Source: Euprymna scolopes (taxonomy: Eukaryota). From it: 63,730 nt of DNA. Within the stretch, counting starts at the first letter, position 1. The number at the start of each line of letters is the position of its first letter. Both the position numbers and the translations under genes were made by a program. A model generated the notes under the pieces. It worked only from the letters and a program-made list of their open reading frames with translations, did no database searches and was not told the origin of the DNA. This document shows, one piece after another, positions 41,001 to 56,000 of the stretch. The stretch lies in the NCBI GenBank assembly GCA_053919585.1, contig CM132814.1; one strand, given 5' to 3'.

Positions 41001-44000
41001 TCAGGTTCATAACGAAGCATCCCTCAGGTTCATAACGAAGCATCTCTCAGGTTCATAACGAAGCATCCCTCAGGTTCATAACGAAGCATCCCTCAGGTTC
41101 ATAACGAAGCATGCCTCAGGTTCATAACGAAGCATCCCTCAGGTTCATAACGAAGCATCTCTCAGGTTCATAACGAAGCATCCCTCAGGTTCATAACGAA
41201 GCATCTCTCAGGTTCATAACGAAGCATCCCTCAGGTTCATAACGAAGCATCCCTCAGGTTCATAACGAAGCATCTCTCAGGTTCATAACGAAGCATCCCT
41301 CAGGTTCATAACGAAGCATCCCTCAGGTTCATAACGAAGCATGCCTCAGGTTCATAACGAAGCATCCCTCAGGTTCATAACGAAGCATCTCTCAGGTTCA
41401 TAACGAAGCATCCCTCAGGTTCATAACGAAGCATCTCTCAGGTTCATAACGAAGCATCCCTCAGGTTCATAACGAAGCATCCCTCAGGTTCATAACGAAG
41501 CATCCCTCAGGTTCATAACGAAGCATCCCTCAGGTTCATAACGAAGCATGCCTCAGGTTCATAACGAAGCATCTCTCAGGTTCATAACGAAGCATCCCTC
41601 AGGTTCATAACGAAGCATCCCTCAGGTTCATAACGAAGCATGCCTCAGGTTCATAACGAAGCATCTCTCAGGTTCATAACGAAGCATCCCTCAGGTTCAT
41701 AACGAAGCATCCCTCAGGTTCATAACGAAGCATCCCTCAGGTTCATAACGAAGCATCCCTCAGGTTCATAACGAAGCATCCCTCAGGTTCATAACGAAGC
41801 ATCCCTCAGGTTCATAACGAAGCATCTCTCAGGTTCATAACGAAGCATGCCTCAGGTTCATAACGAAGCATCCCTCAGGTTCATAACGAAGCATGCCTCA
41901 GGTTCATAACGAAGCATCCCTCAGGTTCATAACGAAGCATCCCTCAGGTTCATAACGAAGCATGCCTCAGGTTCATAACGAAGCATGCCTCAGGTTCATA
42001 ACGAAGCATGCCTCAGGTTCATAACGAAGCATCCCTCAGGTTCATAACGAAGCATGCCTCAGGTTCATAACGAAGCATCTCTCAGGTTCATAACGAAGCA
42101 TGCCTCAGGTTCATAACGAAGCATGCCTCAGGTTCATAACGAAGCATCCCTCAGGTTCATAACGAAGCATCCCTCAGGTTCATAACGAAGCATCCCTCAG
42201 GTTCATAACGAAGCATCCCTCAGGTTCATAACGAAGCATCCCTCAGGTTCATAACGAAGCATCTCTCAGGTTCATAACGAAGCATGCCTCAGGTTCATAA
42301 CGAAGCATGCCTCAGGTTCATAACGAAGCATCCCTCAGGTTCATAACGAAGCATGCCTCAGGTTCATAACGAAGCATGCCTCAGGTTCATAACGAAGCAT
42401 GCCTCAGGTTCATAACGAAGCATGCCTCAGGTTCATAACGAAGCATGCCTCAGGTTCATAACGAAGCATCCCTCAGGTTCATAACGAAGCATGCCTCAGG
42501 TTCATAACGAAGCATGCCTCAGGTTCATAACGAAGCATCCCTCAGGTTCATAACGAAGCATGCCTCAGGTTCATAACGAAGCATCTCTCAGGTTCATAAC
42601 GAAGCATGCCTCAGGTTCATAACGAAGCATGCCTCAGGTTCATAACGAAGCATGCCTCAGGTTCATAACGAAGCATGCCTCAGGTTCATAACGAAGCATG
42701 CCTCAGGTTCATAACGAAGCATCCCTCAGGTTCATAACGAAGCATGCCTCAGGTTCATAACGAAGCATCCCTCAGGTTCATAACGAAGCATGCCTCAGGT
42801 TCATAACGAAGCATCCCTCAGGTTCATAACGAAGCATGCCTCAGGTTCATAACGAAGCATCCCTCAGGTTCATAACGAAGCATGCCTCAGGTTCATAACG
42901 AAGCATGCCTCAGGTTCATAACGAAGCATGCCTCAGGTTCATAACGAAGCATCCCTCAGGTTCATAACGAAGCATGCCTCAGGTTCATAACGAAGCATCT
43001 CTCAGGTTCATAACGAAGCATGCCTCAGGTTCATAACGAAGCATGCCTCAGGTTCATAACGAAGCATGCCTCAGGTTCATAACGAAGCATGCCTCAGGTT
43101 CATAACGAAGCATCCCTCAGGTTCATAACGAAGCATCTCTCAGGTTCATAACGAAGCATGCCTCAGGTTCATAACGAAGCATGCCTCAGGTTCATAACGA
43201 AGCATCTCTCAGGTTCATAACGAAGCATCCCTCAGGTTCATAACGAAGCATCCCTCAGGTTCATAACGAAGCATGCCTCAGGTTCATAACGAAGCATGCC
43301 TCAGGTTCATAACGAAGCATCCCTCAGGTTCATAACGAAGCATCTCTCAGGTTCATAACGAAGCATGCCTCAGGTTCATAACGAAGCATGCCTCAGGTTC
43401 ATAACGAAGCATCTCTCAGGTTCATAACGAAGCATCCCTCAGGTTCATAACGAAGCATCCCTCAGGTTCATAACGAAGCATGCCTCAGGTTCATAACGAA
43501 GCATGCCTCAGGTTCATAACGAAGCATGCCTCAGGTTCATAACGAAGCATGCCTCAGGTTCATAACGAAGCATCCCTCAGGTTCATAACGAAGCATGCCT
43601 CAGGTTCATAACGAAGCATGCCTCAGGTTCATAACGAAGCATGCCTCAGGTTCATAACGAAGCATGCCTCAGGTTCATAACGAAGCATCTCTCAGGTTCA
43701 TAACGAAGCATGCCTCAGGTTCATAACGAAGCATGCCTCAGGTTCATAACGAAGCATCTCTCAGGTTCATAACGAAGCATCCCTCAGGTTCATAACGAAG
43801 CATCCCTCAGGTTCATAACGAAGCATGCCTCAGGTTCATAACGAAGCATGCCTCAGGTTCATAACGAAGCATGCCTCAGGTTCATAACGAAGCATGCCTC
43901 AGGTTCATAACGAAGCATGCCTCAGGTTCATAACGAAGCATGCCTCAGGTTCATAACGAAGCATCTCTCAGGTTCATAACGAAGCATGCCTCAGGTTCAT

Positions 44001-47000
44001 AACGAAGCATGCCTCAGGTTCATAACGAAGCATCTCTCAGGTTCATAACGAAGCATGCCTCAGGTTCATAACGAAGCATGCCTCAGGTTCATAACGAAGC
44101 ATCTCTCAGGTTCATAACGAAGCATCCCTCAGGTTCATAACGAAGCATCCCTCAGGTTCATAACGAAGCATCCCTCAGGTTCATAACGAAGCATCCCTCA
44201 GGTTCATAACGAAGCATGCCTCAGGTTCATAACGAAGCATGCCTCAGGTTCATAACGAAGCATGCCTCAGGTTCATAACGAAGCATCCCTCAGGTTCATA
44301 ACGAAGCATGCCTCAGGTTCATAACGAAGCATCTCTCAGGTTCATAACGAAGCATGCCTCAGGTTCATAACGAAGCATGCCTCAGGTTCATAACGAAGCA
44401 TGCCTCAGGTTCATAACGAAGCATCCCTCAGGTTCATAACGAAGCATCTCTCAGGTTCATAACGAAGCATGCCTCAGGTTCATAACGAAGCATGCCTCAG
44501 GTTCATAACGAAGCATCTCTCAGGTTCATAACGAAGCATCCCTCAGGTTCATAACGAAGCATCCCTCAGGTTCATAACGAAGCATGCCTCAGGTTCATAA
44601 CGAAGCATGCCTCAGGTTCATAACGAAGCATCCCTCAGGTTCATAACGAAGCATCTCTCAGGTTCATAACGAAGCATGCCTCAGGTTCATAACGAAGCAT
44701 GCCTCAGGTTCATAACGAAGCATCTCTCAGGTTCATAACGAAGCATCCCTCAGGTTCATAACGAAGCATCCCTCAGGTTCATAACGAAGCATGCCTCAGG
44801 TTCATAACGAAGCATGCCTCAGGTTCATAACGAAGCATGCCTCAGGTTCATAACGAAGCATGCCTCAGGTTCATAACGAAGCATCCCTCAGGTTCATAAC
44901 GAAGCATCTCTCAGGTTCATAACGAAGCATGCCTCAGGTTCATAACGAAGCATGCCTCAGGTTCATAACGAAGCATCCCTCAGGTTCATAACGAAGCATC
45001 TCTCAGGTTCATAACGAAGCATGCCTCAGGTTCATAACGAAGCATGCCTCAGGTTCATAACGAAGCATCTCTCAGGTTCATAACGAAGCATGCCTCAGGT
45101 TCATAACGAAGCATCTCTCAGGTTCATAACGAAGCATGCCTCAGGTTCATAACGAAGCATCTCTCAGGTTCATAACGAAGCATCTCTCAGGTTCATAACG
45201 AAGCATCCCTCAGGTTCATAACGAAGCATGTCTCAGGTTCATAACGAAGCATCTCTCAGGTTCATAACGAAGCATCCCTCAGGTTCATAACGAAGCATCT
45301 CTCAGGTTCATAACGAAGCATCTCTCAGGTTCATAACGAAGCATCTCTCAGGTTCATAACGAAGCATGCCTCAGGTTCATAACGAAGCATCTCTCAGGTT
45401 CATAACGAAGCATGCCTCAGGTTCATAACGAAGCATCTCTCAGGTTCATAACGAAGCATCTCTCAGGTTCATAACGAAGCATGCCTCAGGTTCATAACGA
45501 AGCATCTCTCAGGTTCATAACGAAGCATGCCTCAGGTTCATAACGAAGCATCTCTCAGGTTCATAACGAAGCATCTCTCAGGTTCATAACGAAGCATGCC
45601 TCAGGTTCATAACGAAGCATGCCTCAGGTTCATAACGAAGCATGCCTCAGGTTCATAACGAAGCATCTCTCAGGTTCATAACGAAGCATCCCTCAGGTTC
45701 ATAACGAAGCATCTCTCAGGTTCATAACGAAGCATGCCTCAGGTTCATAACGAAGCATGCCTCAGGTTCATAACGAAGCATGCCTCAGGTTCATAACGAA
45801 GCATGCCTCAGGTTCATAACGAAGCATGCCTCAGGTTCATAACGAAGCATCTCTCAGGTTCATAACGAAGCATGCCTCAGGTTCATAACGAAGCATCTCT
45901 CAGGTTCATAACGAAGCATGCCTCAGGTTCATAACGAAGCATGCCTCAGGTTCATAACGAAGCATGCCTCAGGTTCATAACGAAGCATCCCTCAGGTTCA
46001 TAACGAAGCATCTCTCAGGTTCATAACGAAGCATGCCTCAGGTTCATAACGAAGCATGCCTCAGGTTCATAACGAAGCATGCCTCAGGTTCATAACGAAG
46101 CATGCCTCAGGTTCATAACGAAGCATGCCTCAGGTTCATAACGAAGCATCTCTCAGGTTCATAACGAAGCATGCCTCAGGTTCATAACGAAGCATCTCTC
46201 AGGTTCATAACGAAGCATGCCTCAGGTTCATAACGAAGCATGCCTCAGGTTCATAACGAAGCATGCCTCAGGTTCATAACGAAGCATGCCTCAGGTTCAT
46301 AACGAAGCATCTCTCAGGTTCATAACGAAGCATCCCTCAGGTTCATAACGAAGCATCTCTCAGGTTCATAACGAAGCATGCCTCAGGTTCATAACGAAGC
46401 ATGCCTCAGGTTCATAACGAAGCATGCCTCAGGTTCATAACGAAGCATGCCTCAGGTTCATAACGAAGCATCCCTCAGGTTCATAACGAAGCATCTCTCA
46501 GGTTCATAACGAAGCATGCCTCAGGTTCATAACGAAGCATGCCTCAGGTTCATAACGAAGCATCCCTCAGGTTCATAACGAAGCATCTCTCAGGTTCATA
46601 ACGAAGCATGCCTCAGGTTCATAACGAAGCATGCCTCAGGTTCATAACGAAGCATCTCTCAGGTTCATAACGAAGCATGCCTCAGGTTCATAACGAAGCA
46701 TCTCTCAGGTTCATAACGAAGCATGCCTCAGGTTCATAACGAAGCATGCCTCAGGTTCATAACGAAGCATGCCTCAGGTTCATAACGAAGCATGCCTCAG
46801 GTTCATAACGAAGCATGCCTCAGGTTCATAACGAAGCATCTCTCAGGTTCATAACGAAGCATGCCTCAGGTTCATAACGAAGCATCTCTCAGGTTCATAA
46901 CGAAGCATGCCTCAGGTTCATAACGAAGCATGCCTCAGGTTCATAACGAAGCATGCCTCAGGTTCATAACGAAGCATCCCTTAGGTTCATAACGAAGCAT

Positions 47001-50000
47001 GCCTCAGGTTCATAACGAAGCATGCCTCAGGTTCATAACGAAGCATCTCTCAGGTTCATAACGAAGCATGCCTCAGGTTCATAACGAAGCATCTCTGAGG
47101 TTCATAACGAAGCATGCCTCAGGTTCATAACGAAGCATGCCTCAGGTTCATAACGAAGCATGCCTCAGGTTCATAACGAAGCATCTCTCAGGTTCATAAC
47201 GAAACATGCCTCAGGTTCATAACGAAGCATCTCTCAGGTTCATAACGAAGCATGCCTCAGGTTCATAACGAAGCATGCCTCAGGTTCATAACGAAGCATC
47301 TCTCAGGTTCATAACGAAGCATCTCTCAGGTTCATAACGAAGCATGCCTCAGGTTCATAACGAAGCATGCCTCAGGTTCATAACGAAGCATCTCTCAGGT
47401 TCATAACGAAGCATCTCTCAGGTTCATAACGAAGCATCTCTCAGGTTCATAACGAAGCATCTCTCAGGTTCATAACGAAGCATCTCTCAGGTTCATAACG
47501 AAGCATCTCTCAGGTTCATAACGAAGCATGCCTCAGGTTCATAACGAAGCATCTCTCAGGTTCATAACGAAGCATCTCTCAGGTTCATAACGAAGCATGC
47601 CTCAGGTTCATAACGAAGCATCTCTCAGGTTCATAACGAAGCATGCCTCAGGTTCATAACGAAGCATCTCTCAGGTTCATAACGAAGCATCTCTCAGGTT
47701 CATAACGAAGCATCTCTCAGGTTCATAACGAAGCATCTCTCAGGTTCATAACGAAGCATCTCTCAGGTTCATAACGAAGCATCTCTCAGGTTCATAACGA
47801 AGCATGCCTCAGGTTCATAACGAAGCATCTCTCAGGTTCATAACGAAGCATCTCTCAGGTTCATAACGAAGCATCTCTCAGGTTCATAACGAAGCATGCC
47901 TCAGGTTCATAACGAAGCATCTCTCAGGTTCATAACGAAGCATCTCTCAGGTTCATAACGAAGCATCTCTCAGGTTCATAACGAAGCATCTCTCAGGTTC
48001 ATAACGAAGCATCTCTCAGGTTCATAACGAAGCATCTCTCAGGTTCATAACGAAGCATCTCTCAGGTTCATAACGAAGCATCTCTCAGGTTCATAACGAA
48101 GCATCTCTCAGGTTCATAACGAAGCATGCCTCAGGTTCATAACGAAGCATCTCTCAGGTTCATAACGAAGCATCTCTCAGGTTCATAACGAAGCATCTCT
48201 CAGGTTCATAACGAAGCATCTCTCAGGTTCATAACGAAGCATGCCTCAGGTTCATAACGAAGCATCTCTCAGGTTCATAACGAAGCATCTCTCAGGTTCA
48301 TAACGAAGCATCTCTCAGGTTCATAACGAAGCATCTCTCAGGTTCATAACGAAGCATCTCTCAGGTTCATAACGAAGCATCTCTCAGGTTCATAACGAAG
48401 CATCTCTCAGGTTCATAACGAAGCATCTCTCAGGTTCATAACGAAGCATGCCTCAGGTTCATAACGAAGCATCTCTCAGGTTCATAACGAAGCATCTCTC
48501 AGGTTCATAACGAAGCATCTCTCAGGTTCATAACGAAGCATCTCTCAGGTTCATAACGAAGCATCTCTCAGGTTCATAACGAAGCATCTCTCAGGTTCAT
48601 AACGAAGCATGCCTCAGGTTCATAACGAAGCATCTCTCAGGTTCATAACGAAGCATCTCTCAGGTTCATAACGAAGCATCTCTCAGGTTCATAACGAAGC
48701 ATGCCTCAGGTTCATAACGAAGCATCTCTCAGGTTCATAACGAAGCATCTCTCAGGTTCATAACGAAGCATCTCTCAGGTTCATAACGAAGCATCTCTCA
48801 GGTTCATAACGAAGCATCTCTCAGGTTCATAACGAAGCATCTCTCAGGTTCATAACGAAGCATGCCTCAGGTTCATAACGAAGCATCTCTCAGGTTCATA
48901 ACGAAGCATGCCTCAGGTTCATAACGAAGCATCTCTCAGGTTCATAACGAAGCATCTCTCAGGTTCATAACGAAGCATCTCTCAGGTTCATAACGAAGCA
49001 TCTCTCAGGTTCATAACGAAGCATCTCTCAGGTTCATAACGAAGCATCTCTCAGGTTCATAACGAAGCATGCCTCAGGTTCATAACGAAGCATCTCTCAG
49101 GTTCATAACGAAGCATCTCTCAGGTTCATAACGAAGCATCTCTCAGGTTCATAACGAAGCATCTCTCAGGTTCATAACGAAGCATCTCTCAGGTTCATAA
49201 CGAAGCATCTCTCAGGTTCATAACGAAGCATGCCTCAGGTTCATAACGAAGCATCTCTCAGGTTCATAACGAAGCATCTCTCAGGTTCATAACGAAGCAT
49301 GCCTCAGGTTCATAACGAAGCATCTCTCAGGTTCATAACGAAGCATGCCTCAGGTTCATAACGAAGCATGCCTCAGGTTCATAACGAAGCATGCCTCAGG
49401 TTCATAACGAAGCATGCCTCAGGTTCATAACGAAGCATGCCTCAGGTTCATAACGAAGCATCTCTCAGGTTCATAACGAAGCATGCCTCAGGTTCATAAC
49501 GAAGCATCTCTCAGGTTCATAACGAAGCATGCCTCAGGTTCATAACGAAGCATGCCTCAGGTTCATAACGAAGCATCTCTCAGGTTCATAACGAAGCATC
49601 TCTCAGGTTCATAACGAAGCATGCCTCAGGTTCATAACGAAGCATGCCTCAGGTTCATAACGAAGCATCTCTCAGGTTCATAACGAAGCATCTCTCAGGT
49701 TCATAACGAAGCATGCCTCAGGTTCATAACGAAGCATCTCTCAGGTTCATAACGAAGCATCTCTCAGGTTCATAACGAAGCATCTCTCAGGTTCATAACG
49801 AAGCATCTCTCAGGTTCATAACGAAGCATGCCTCAGGTTCATAACGAAGCATCTCTCAGGTTCATAACGAAGCATCTCTCAGGTTCATAACGAAGCATGC
49901 CTCAGGTTCATAACGAAGCATCTCTCAGGTTCATAACGAAGCATGCCTCAGGTTCATAACGAAGCATGCCTCAGGTTCATAACGAAGCATGCCTCAGGTT

Positions 50001-53000
50001 CATAACGAAGCATGCCTCAGGTTCATAACGAAGCATGCCTCAGGTTCATAACGAAGCATCTCTCAGGTTCATAACGAAGCATGCCTCAGGTTCATAACGA
50101 AGCATCTCTCAGGTTCATAACGAAGCATGCCTCAGGTTCATAACGAAGCATGCCTCAGGTTCATAACGAAGCATGCCTCAGGTTCATAACGAAGCATCCC
50201 TCAGGTTCATAACGAAGCATGCCTCAGGTTCATAACGAAGCATGCCTCAGGTTCATAACGAAGCATCTCTCAGGTTCATAACGAAGCATGCCTCAGGTTC
50301 ATAACGAAGCATCTCTCAGGTTCATAACGAAGCATGCCTCAGGTTCATAACGAAGCATGCCTCAGGTTCATAACGAAGCATCTCTCAGGTTCATAACGAA
50401 GCATCTCTCAGGTTCATAACGAAGCATGCCTCAGGTTCATAACGAAGCATCTCTCAGGTTCATAACGAAGCATGCCTCAGGTTCATAACGAAGCATGCCT
50501 CAGGTTCATAACGAAGCATCTCTCAGGTTCATAACGAAGCATCTCTCAGGTTCATAACGAAGCATGCCTCAGGTTCATAACGAAGCATCTCTCAGGTTCA
50601 TAACGAAGCATCTCTCAGGTTCATAACGAAGCATGCCTCAGGTTCATAACGAAGCATCTCTCAGGTTCATAACGAAGCATCTCTCAGGTTCATAACGAAG
50701 CATCTCTCAGGTTCATAACGAAGCATGCCTCAGGTTCATAACGAAGCATGCCTCAGGTTCATAACGAAGCATCTCTCAGGTTCATAACGAAGCATGCCTC
50801 AGGTTCATAACGAAGCATCTCTCAGGTTCATAACGAAGCATCCCTCAGGTTCATAACGAAGCATGCCTCAGGTTCATAACGAAGCATCCCTCAGGTTCAT
50901 AACGAAGCATCTCTCAGGTTCATAACGAAGCATGCCTCAGGTTCATAACGAAGCATGCCTCAGGTTCATAACGAAGCATGCCTCAGGTTCATAACGAAGC
51001 ATCCCTCAGGTTCATAACGAAGCATCTCTCAGGTTCATAACGAAGCATCTCTCAGGTTCATAACGAAGCATGCCTCAGGTTCATAACGAAGCATCCCTCA
51101 GGTTCATAACGAAGCATCTCTCAGGTTCATAACGAAGCATGCCTCAGGTTCATAACGAAGCATGCCTCAGGTTCATAACGAAGCATCTCTCAGGTTCATA
51201 ACGAAGCATGCCTCAGGTTCATAACGAAGCATCTCTCAGGTTCATAACGAAGCATGCCTCAGGTTCATAACGAAGCATCCCTCAGGTTCATAACGAAGCA
51301 TCTCTCAGGTTCATAACGAAGCATGCCTCAGGTTCATAACGAAGCATCCCTCAGGTTCATAACGAAGCATCTCTCAGGTTCATAACGAAGCATGCCTCAG
51401 GTTCATAACGAAGCATGCCTCAGGTTCATAACGAAGCATCCCTCAGGTTCATAACGAAGCATCCCTCAGGTTCATAACGAAGCATCTCTCAGGTTCATAA
51501 CGAAGCATCTCTCAGGTTCATAACGAAGCATGCCTCAGGTTCATAACGAAGCATCCCTCAGGTTCATAACGAAGCATCTCTCAGGTTCATAACGAAGCAT
51601 GCCTCAGGTTCATAACGAAGCATGCCTCAGGTTCATAACGAAGCATCTCTCAGGTTCATAACGAAGCATGCCTCAGGTTCATAACGAAGCATGCCTCAGG
51701 TTCATAACGAAGCATCTCTCAGGTTCATAACGAAGCATCCCTCAGGTTCATAACGAAGCATGCCTCAGGTTCATAACGAAGCATCCCTCAGGTTCATAAC
51801 GAAGCATCTCTCAGGTTCATAACGAAGCATGCCTCAGGTTCATAACGAAGCATGCCTCAGGTTCATAACGAAGCATCCCTCAGGTTCATAACGAAGCATC
51901 CCTCAGGTTCATAACGAAGCATCTCTCAGGTTCATAACGAAGCATGCCTCAGGTTCATAACGAAGCATGCCTCAGGTTCATAACGAAGCATGCCTCAGGT
52001 TCATAACGAAGCATCTCTCAGGTTCATAACGAAGCATGCCTCAGGTTCATAACGAAGCATGCCTCAGGTTCATAACGAAGCATCTCTCAGGTTCATAACG
52101 AAGCATCTCTCAGGTTCATAACGAAGCATGCCTCAGGTTCATAACGAAGCATCTCTCAGGTTCATAACGAAGCATCTCTCAGGTTCATAACGAAGCATGC
52201 CTCAGGTTCATAACGAAGCATCTCTCAGGTTCATAACGAAGCATCTCTCAGGTTCATAACGAAGCATGCCTCAGGTTCATAACGAAGCATCTCTCAGGTT
52301 CATAACGAAGCATCTCTCAGGTTCATAACGAAGCATGCCTCAGGTTCATAACGAAGCATCTCTCAGGTTCATAACGAAGCATCTCTCAGGTTCATAACGA
52401 AGCATGCCTCAGGTTCATAACGAAGCATCTCTCAGGTTCATAACGAAGCATGCCTCAGGTTCATAACGAAGCATCTCTCAGGTTCATAACGAAGCATGCC
52501 TCAGGTTCATAACGAAGCATGCCTCAGGTTCATAACGAAGCATGCCTCAGGTTCATAACGAAGCATCTCTCAGGTTCATAACGAAGCATCTCTCAGGTTC
52601 ATAACGAAGCATGCCTCAGGTTCATAACGAAGCATCTCTCAGGTTCATAACGAAGCATGCCTCAGGTTCATAACGAAGCATCTCTCAGGTTCATAACGAA
52701 GCATGCCTCAGGTTCATAACGAAGCATGCCTCAGGTTCATAACGAAGCATGCCTCAGGTTCATAACGAAGCATCTCTCAGGTTCATAACGAAGCATGCCT
52801 CAGGTTCATAACGAAGCATGCCTCAGGTTCATAACGAAGCATCTCTCAGGTTCATAACGAAGCATGCCTCAGGTTCATAACGAAGCATGCCTCAGGTTCA
52901 TAACGAAGCATCTCTCAGGTTCATAACGAAGCATCTCTCAGGTTCATAACGAAGCATGCCTCAGGTTCATAACGAAGCATCTCTCAGGTTCATAACGAAG

Positions 53001-56000
53001 CATCTCTCAGGTTCATAACGAAGCATGCCTCAGGTTCATAACGAAGCATCTCTCAGGTTCATAACGAAGCATGCCTCAGGTTCATAACGAAGCATCTCTC
53101 AGGTTCATAACGAAGCATGCCTCAGGTTCATAACGAAGCATGCCTCAGGTTCATAACGAAGCATGCCTCAGGTTCATAACGAAGCATCTCTCAGGTTCAT
53201 AACGAAGCATCTCTCAGGTTCATAACGAAGCATGCCTCAGGTTCATAACGAAGCATCTCTCAGGTTCATAACGAAGCATGCCTCAGGTTCATAACGAAGC
53301 ATCTCTCAGGTTCATAACGAAGCATGCCTCAGGTTCATAACGAAGCATGCCTCAGGTTCATAACGAAGCATGCCTCAGGTTCATAACGAAGCATCTCTCA
53401 GGTTCATAACGAAGCATGCCTCAGGTTCATAACGAAGCATCTCTCAGGTTCATAACGAAGCATGCCTCAGGTTCATAACGAAGCATGCCTCAGGTTCATA
53501 ACGAAGCATGCCTCAGGTTCATAACGAAGCATCTCTCAGGTTCATAACGAAGCATGCCTCAGGTTCATAACGAAGCATGCCTCAGGTTCATAACGAAGCA
53601 TCTCTCAGGTTCATAACGAAGCATCTCTCAGGTTCATAACGAAGCATGCCTCAGGTTCATAACGAAGCATCTCTCAGGTTCATAACGAAGCATCTCTCAG
53701 GTTCATAACGAAGCATGCCTCAGGTTCATAACGAAGCATCTCTCAGGTTCATAACGAAGCATCTCTCAGGTTCATAACGAAGCATCTCTCAGGGTTATAA
53801 CGAAGCATGCCTCAGGTTCATAACGAAGCATGCCTCAGGTTCATAACGAAGCATCTCTCAGGTTCATAACGAAGCATGCCTCAGGTTCATAACGAAGCAT
53901 GCCTCAGGTTCATAACGAAGCATGCCTCAGGTTCATAACGAAGCATCTCTCAGGTTCATAACGAAGCATCTCTCAGGTTCATAACGAAGCATCTCTCAGG
54001 TTCATAACGAAGCATGCCTCAGGTTCATAACGAAGCATCTCTCAGGTTCATAACGAAGCATCTCTCAGGTTCATAACGAAGCATGCCTCAGGTTCATAAC
54101 GAAGCATGCCTCAGGTTCATAACGAAGCATGCCTCAGGTTCATAACGAAGCATCTCTCAGGTTCATAACGAAGCATGCCTCAGGTTCATAACGAAGCATG
54201 CCTCAGGTTCATAACGAAGCATGCCTCAGGTTCATAACGAAGCATGCCTCAGGTTCATAACGAAGCATGCCTCAGGTTCATAACGAAGCATGCCTCAGGT
54301 TCATAACGAAGCATCTCTCAGGTTCATAACGAAGCATCTCTCAGGTTCATAACGAAGCATCTCTCAGGTTCATAACGAAGCATGCCTCAGGTTCATAACG
54401 AAGCATCTCTCAGGTTCATAACGAAGCATCTCTCAGGTTCATAACGAAGCATGCCTCAGGTTCATAACGAAGCATGCCTCAGGTTCATAACGAAGCATCT
54501 CTCAGGTTCATAACGAAGCATCTCTCAGGTTCATAACGAAGCATCTCTCAGGTTCATAACGAAGCATGCCTCAGGTTCATAACGAAGCATCTCTCAGGTT
54601 CATAACAAAGCATCTCTCAGGTTCATAACGAAGCATCTCTCAGGTTCATAACGAAGCATGCCTCAGGTTCATAACGAAGCATCTCTCAGGTTCATAACGA
54701 AGCATCTCTCAGGTTCATAACGAAGCATGCCTCAGGTTCATAACGAAGCATGCCTCAGGTTCATAACGAAGCATCTCTCAGGTTCATAACGAAGCATCTC
54801 TCAGGTTCATAACGAAGCATCCCTCAGGTTCATAACGAAGCATGCCTCAGGTTCATAACGAAGCATGCCTCAGGTTCATAACGAAGCATCTCTCAGGTTC
54901 ATAACGAAGCATGCCTCAGGTTCATAACGAAGCATGCCTCAGGTTCATAACGAAGCATCTCTCAGGTTCATAACGAAGCATCTCTCAGGTTCATAACGAA
55001 GCATGCCTCAGGTTCATAACGAAGCATCTCTCAGGTTCATAACGAAGCATCTCTCAGGTTCATAACGAAGCATGCCTCAGGTTCATAACGAAGCATCTCT
55101 CAGGTTCATAACGAAGCATCTCTCAGGTTCATAACGAAGCATCTCTCAGGGTTATAACGAAGCATGCCTCAGGTTCATAACGAAGCATGCCTCAGGTTCA
55201 TAACGAAGCATCTCTCAGGTTCATAACGAAGCATGCCTCAGGTTCATAACGAAGCATGCCTCAGGTTCATAACGAAGCATGCCTCAGGTTCATAACGAAG
55301 CATCTCTCAGGTTCATAACGAAGCATGCCTCAGGTTCATAACGAAGCATGCCTCAGGTTCATAACGAAGCATCTCTCAGGTTCATAACGAAGCATGCCTC
55401 AGGTTCATAACGAAGCATGCCTCAGGTTCATAACGAAGCATGCCTCAGGTTCATAACGAAGCATGCCTCAGGTTCATAACGAAGCATGCCTCAGGTTCAT
55501 AACGAAGCATCTCTCAGGTTCATAACGAAGCATCTCTCAGGTTCATAACGAAGCATGCCTCAGGTTCATAACGAAGCATCTCTCAGGTTCATAACGAAGC
55601 ATCTCTCAGGTTCATAACGAAGCATGCCTCAGGTTCATAACGAAGCATGCCTCAGGTTCATAACGAAGCATGCCTCAGGTTCATAACGAAGCATGCCTCA
55701 GGTTCATAACGAAGCATGCCTCAGGTTCATAACGAAGCATCTCTCAGGTTCATAACGAAGCATCTCTCAGGTTCATAACGAAGCATGCCTCAGGTTCATA
55801 ACGAAGCATGCCTCAGGTTCATAACGAAGCATGCCTCAGGTTCATAACGAAGCATGCCTCAGGTTCATAACGAAGCATCTCTCAGGTTCATAACGAAGCA
55901 TCTCTCAGGTTCATAACGAAGCATGCCTCAGGTTCATAACGAAGCATCTCTCAGGTTCATAACGAAGCATCTCTCAGGTTCATAACGAAGCATGCCTCAG

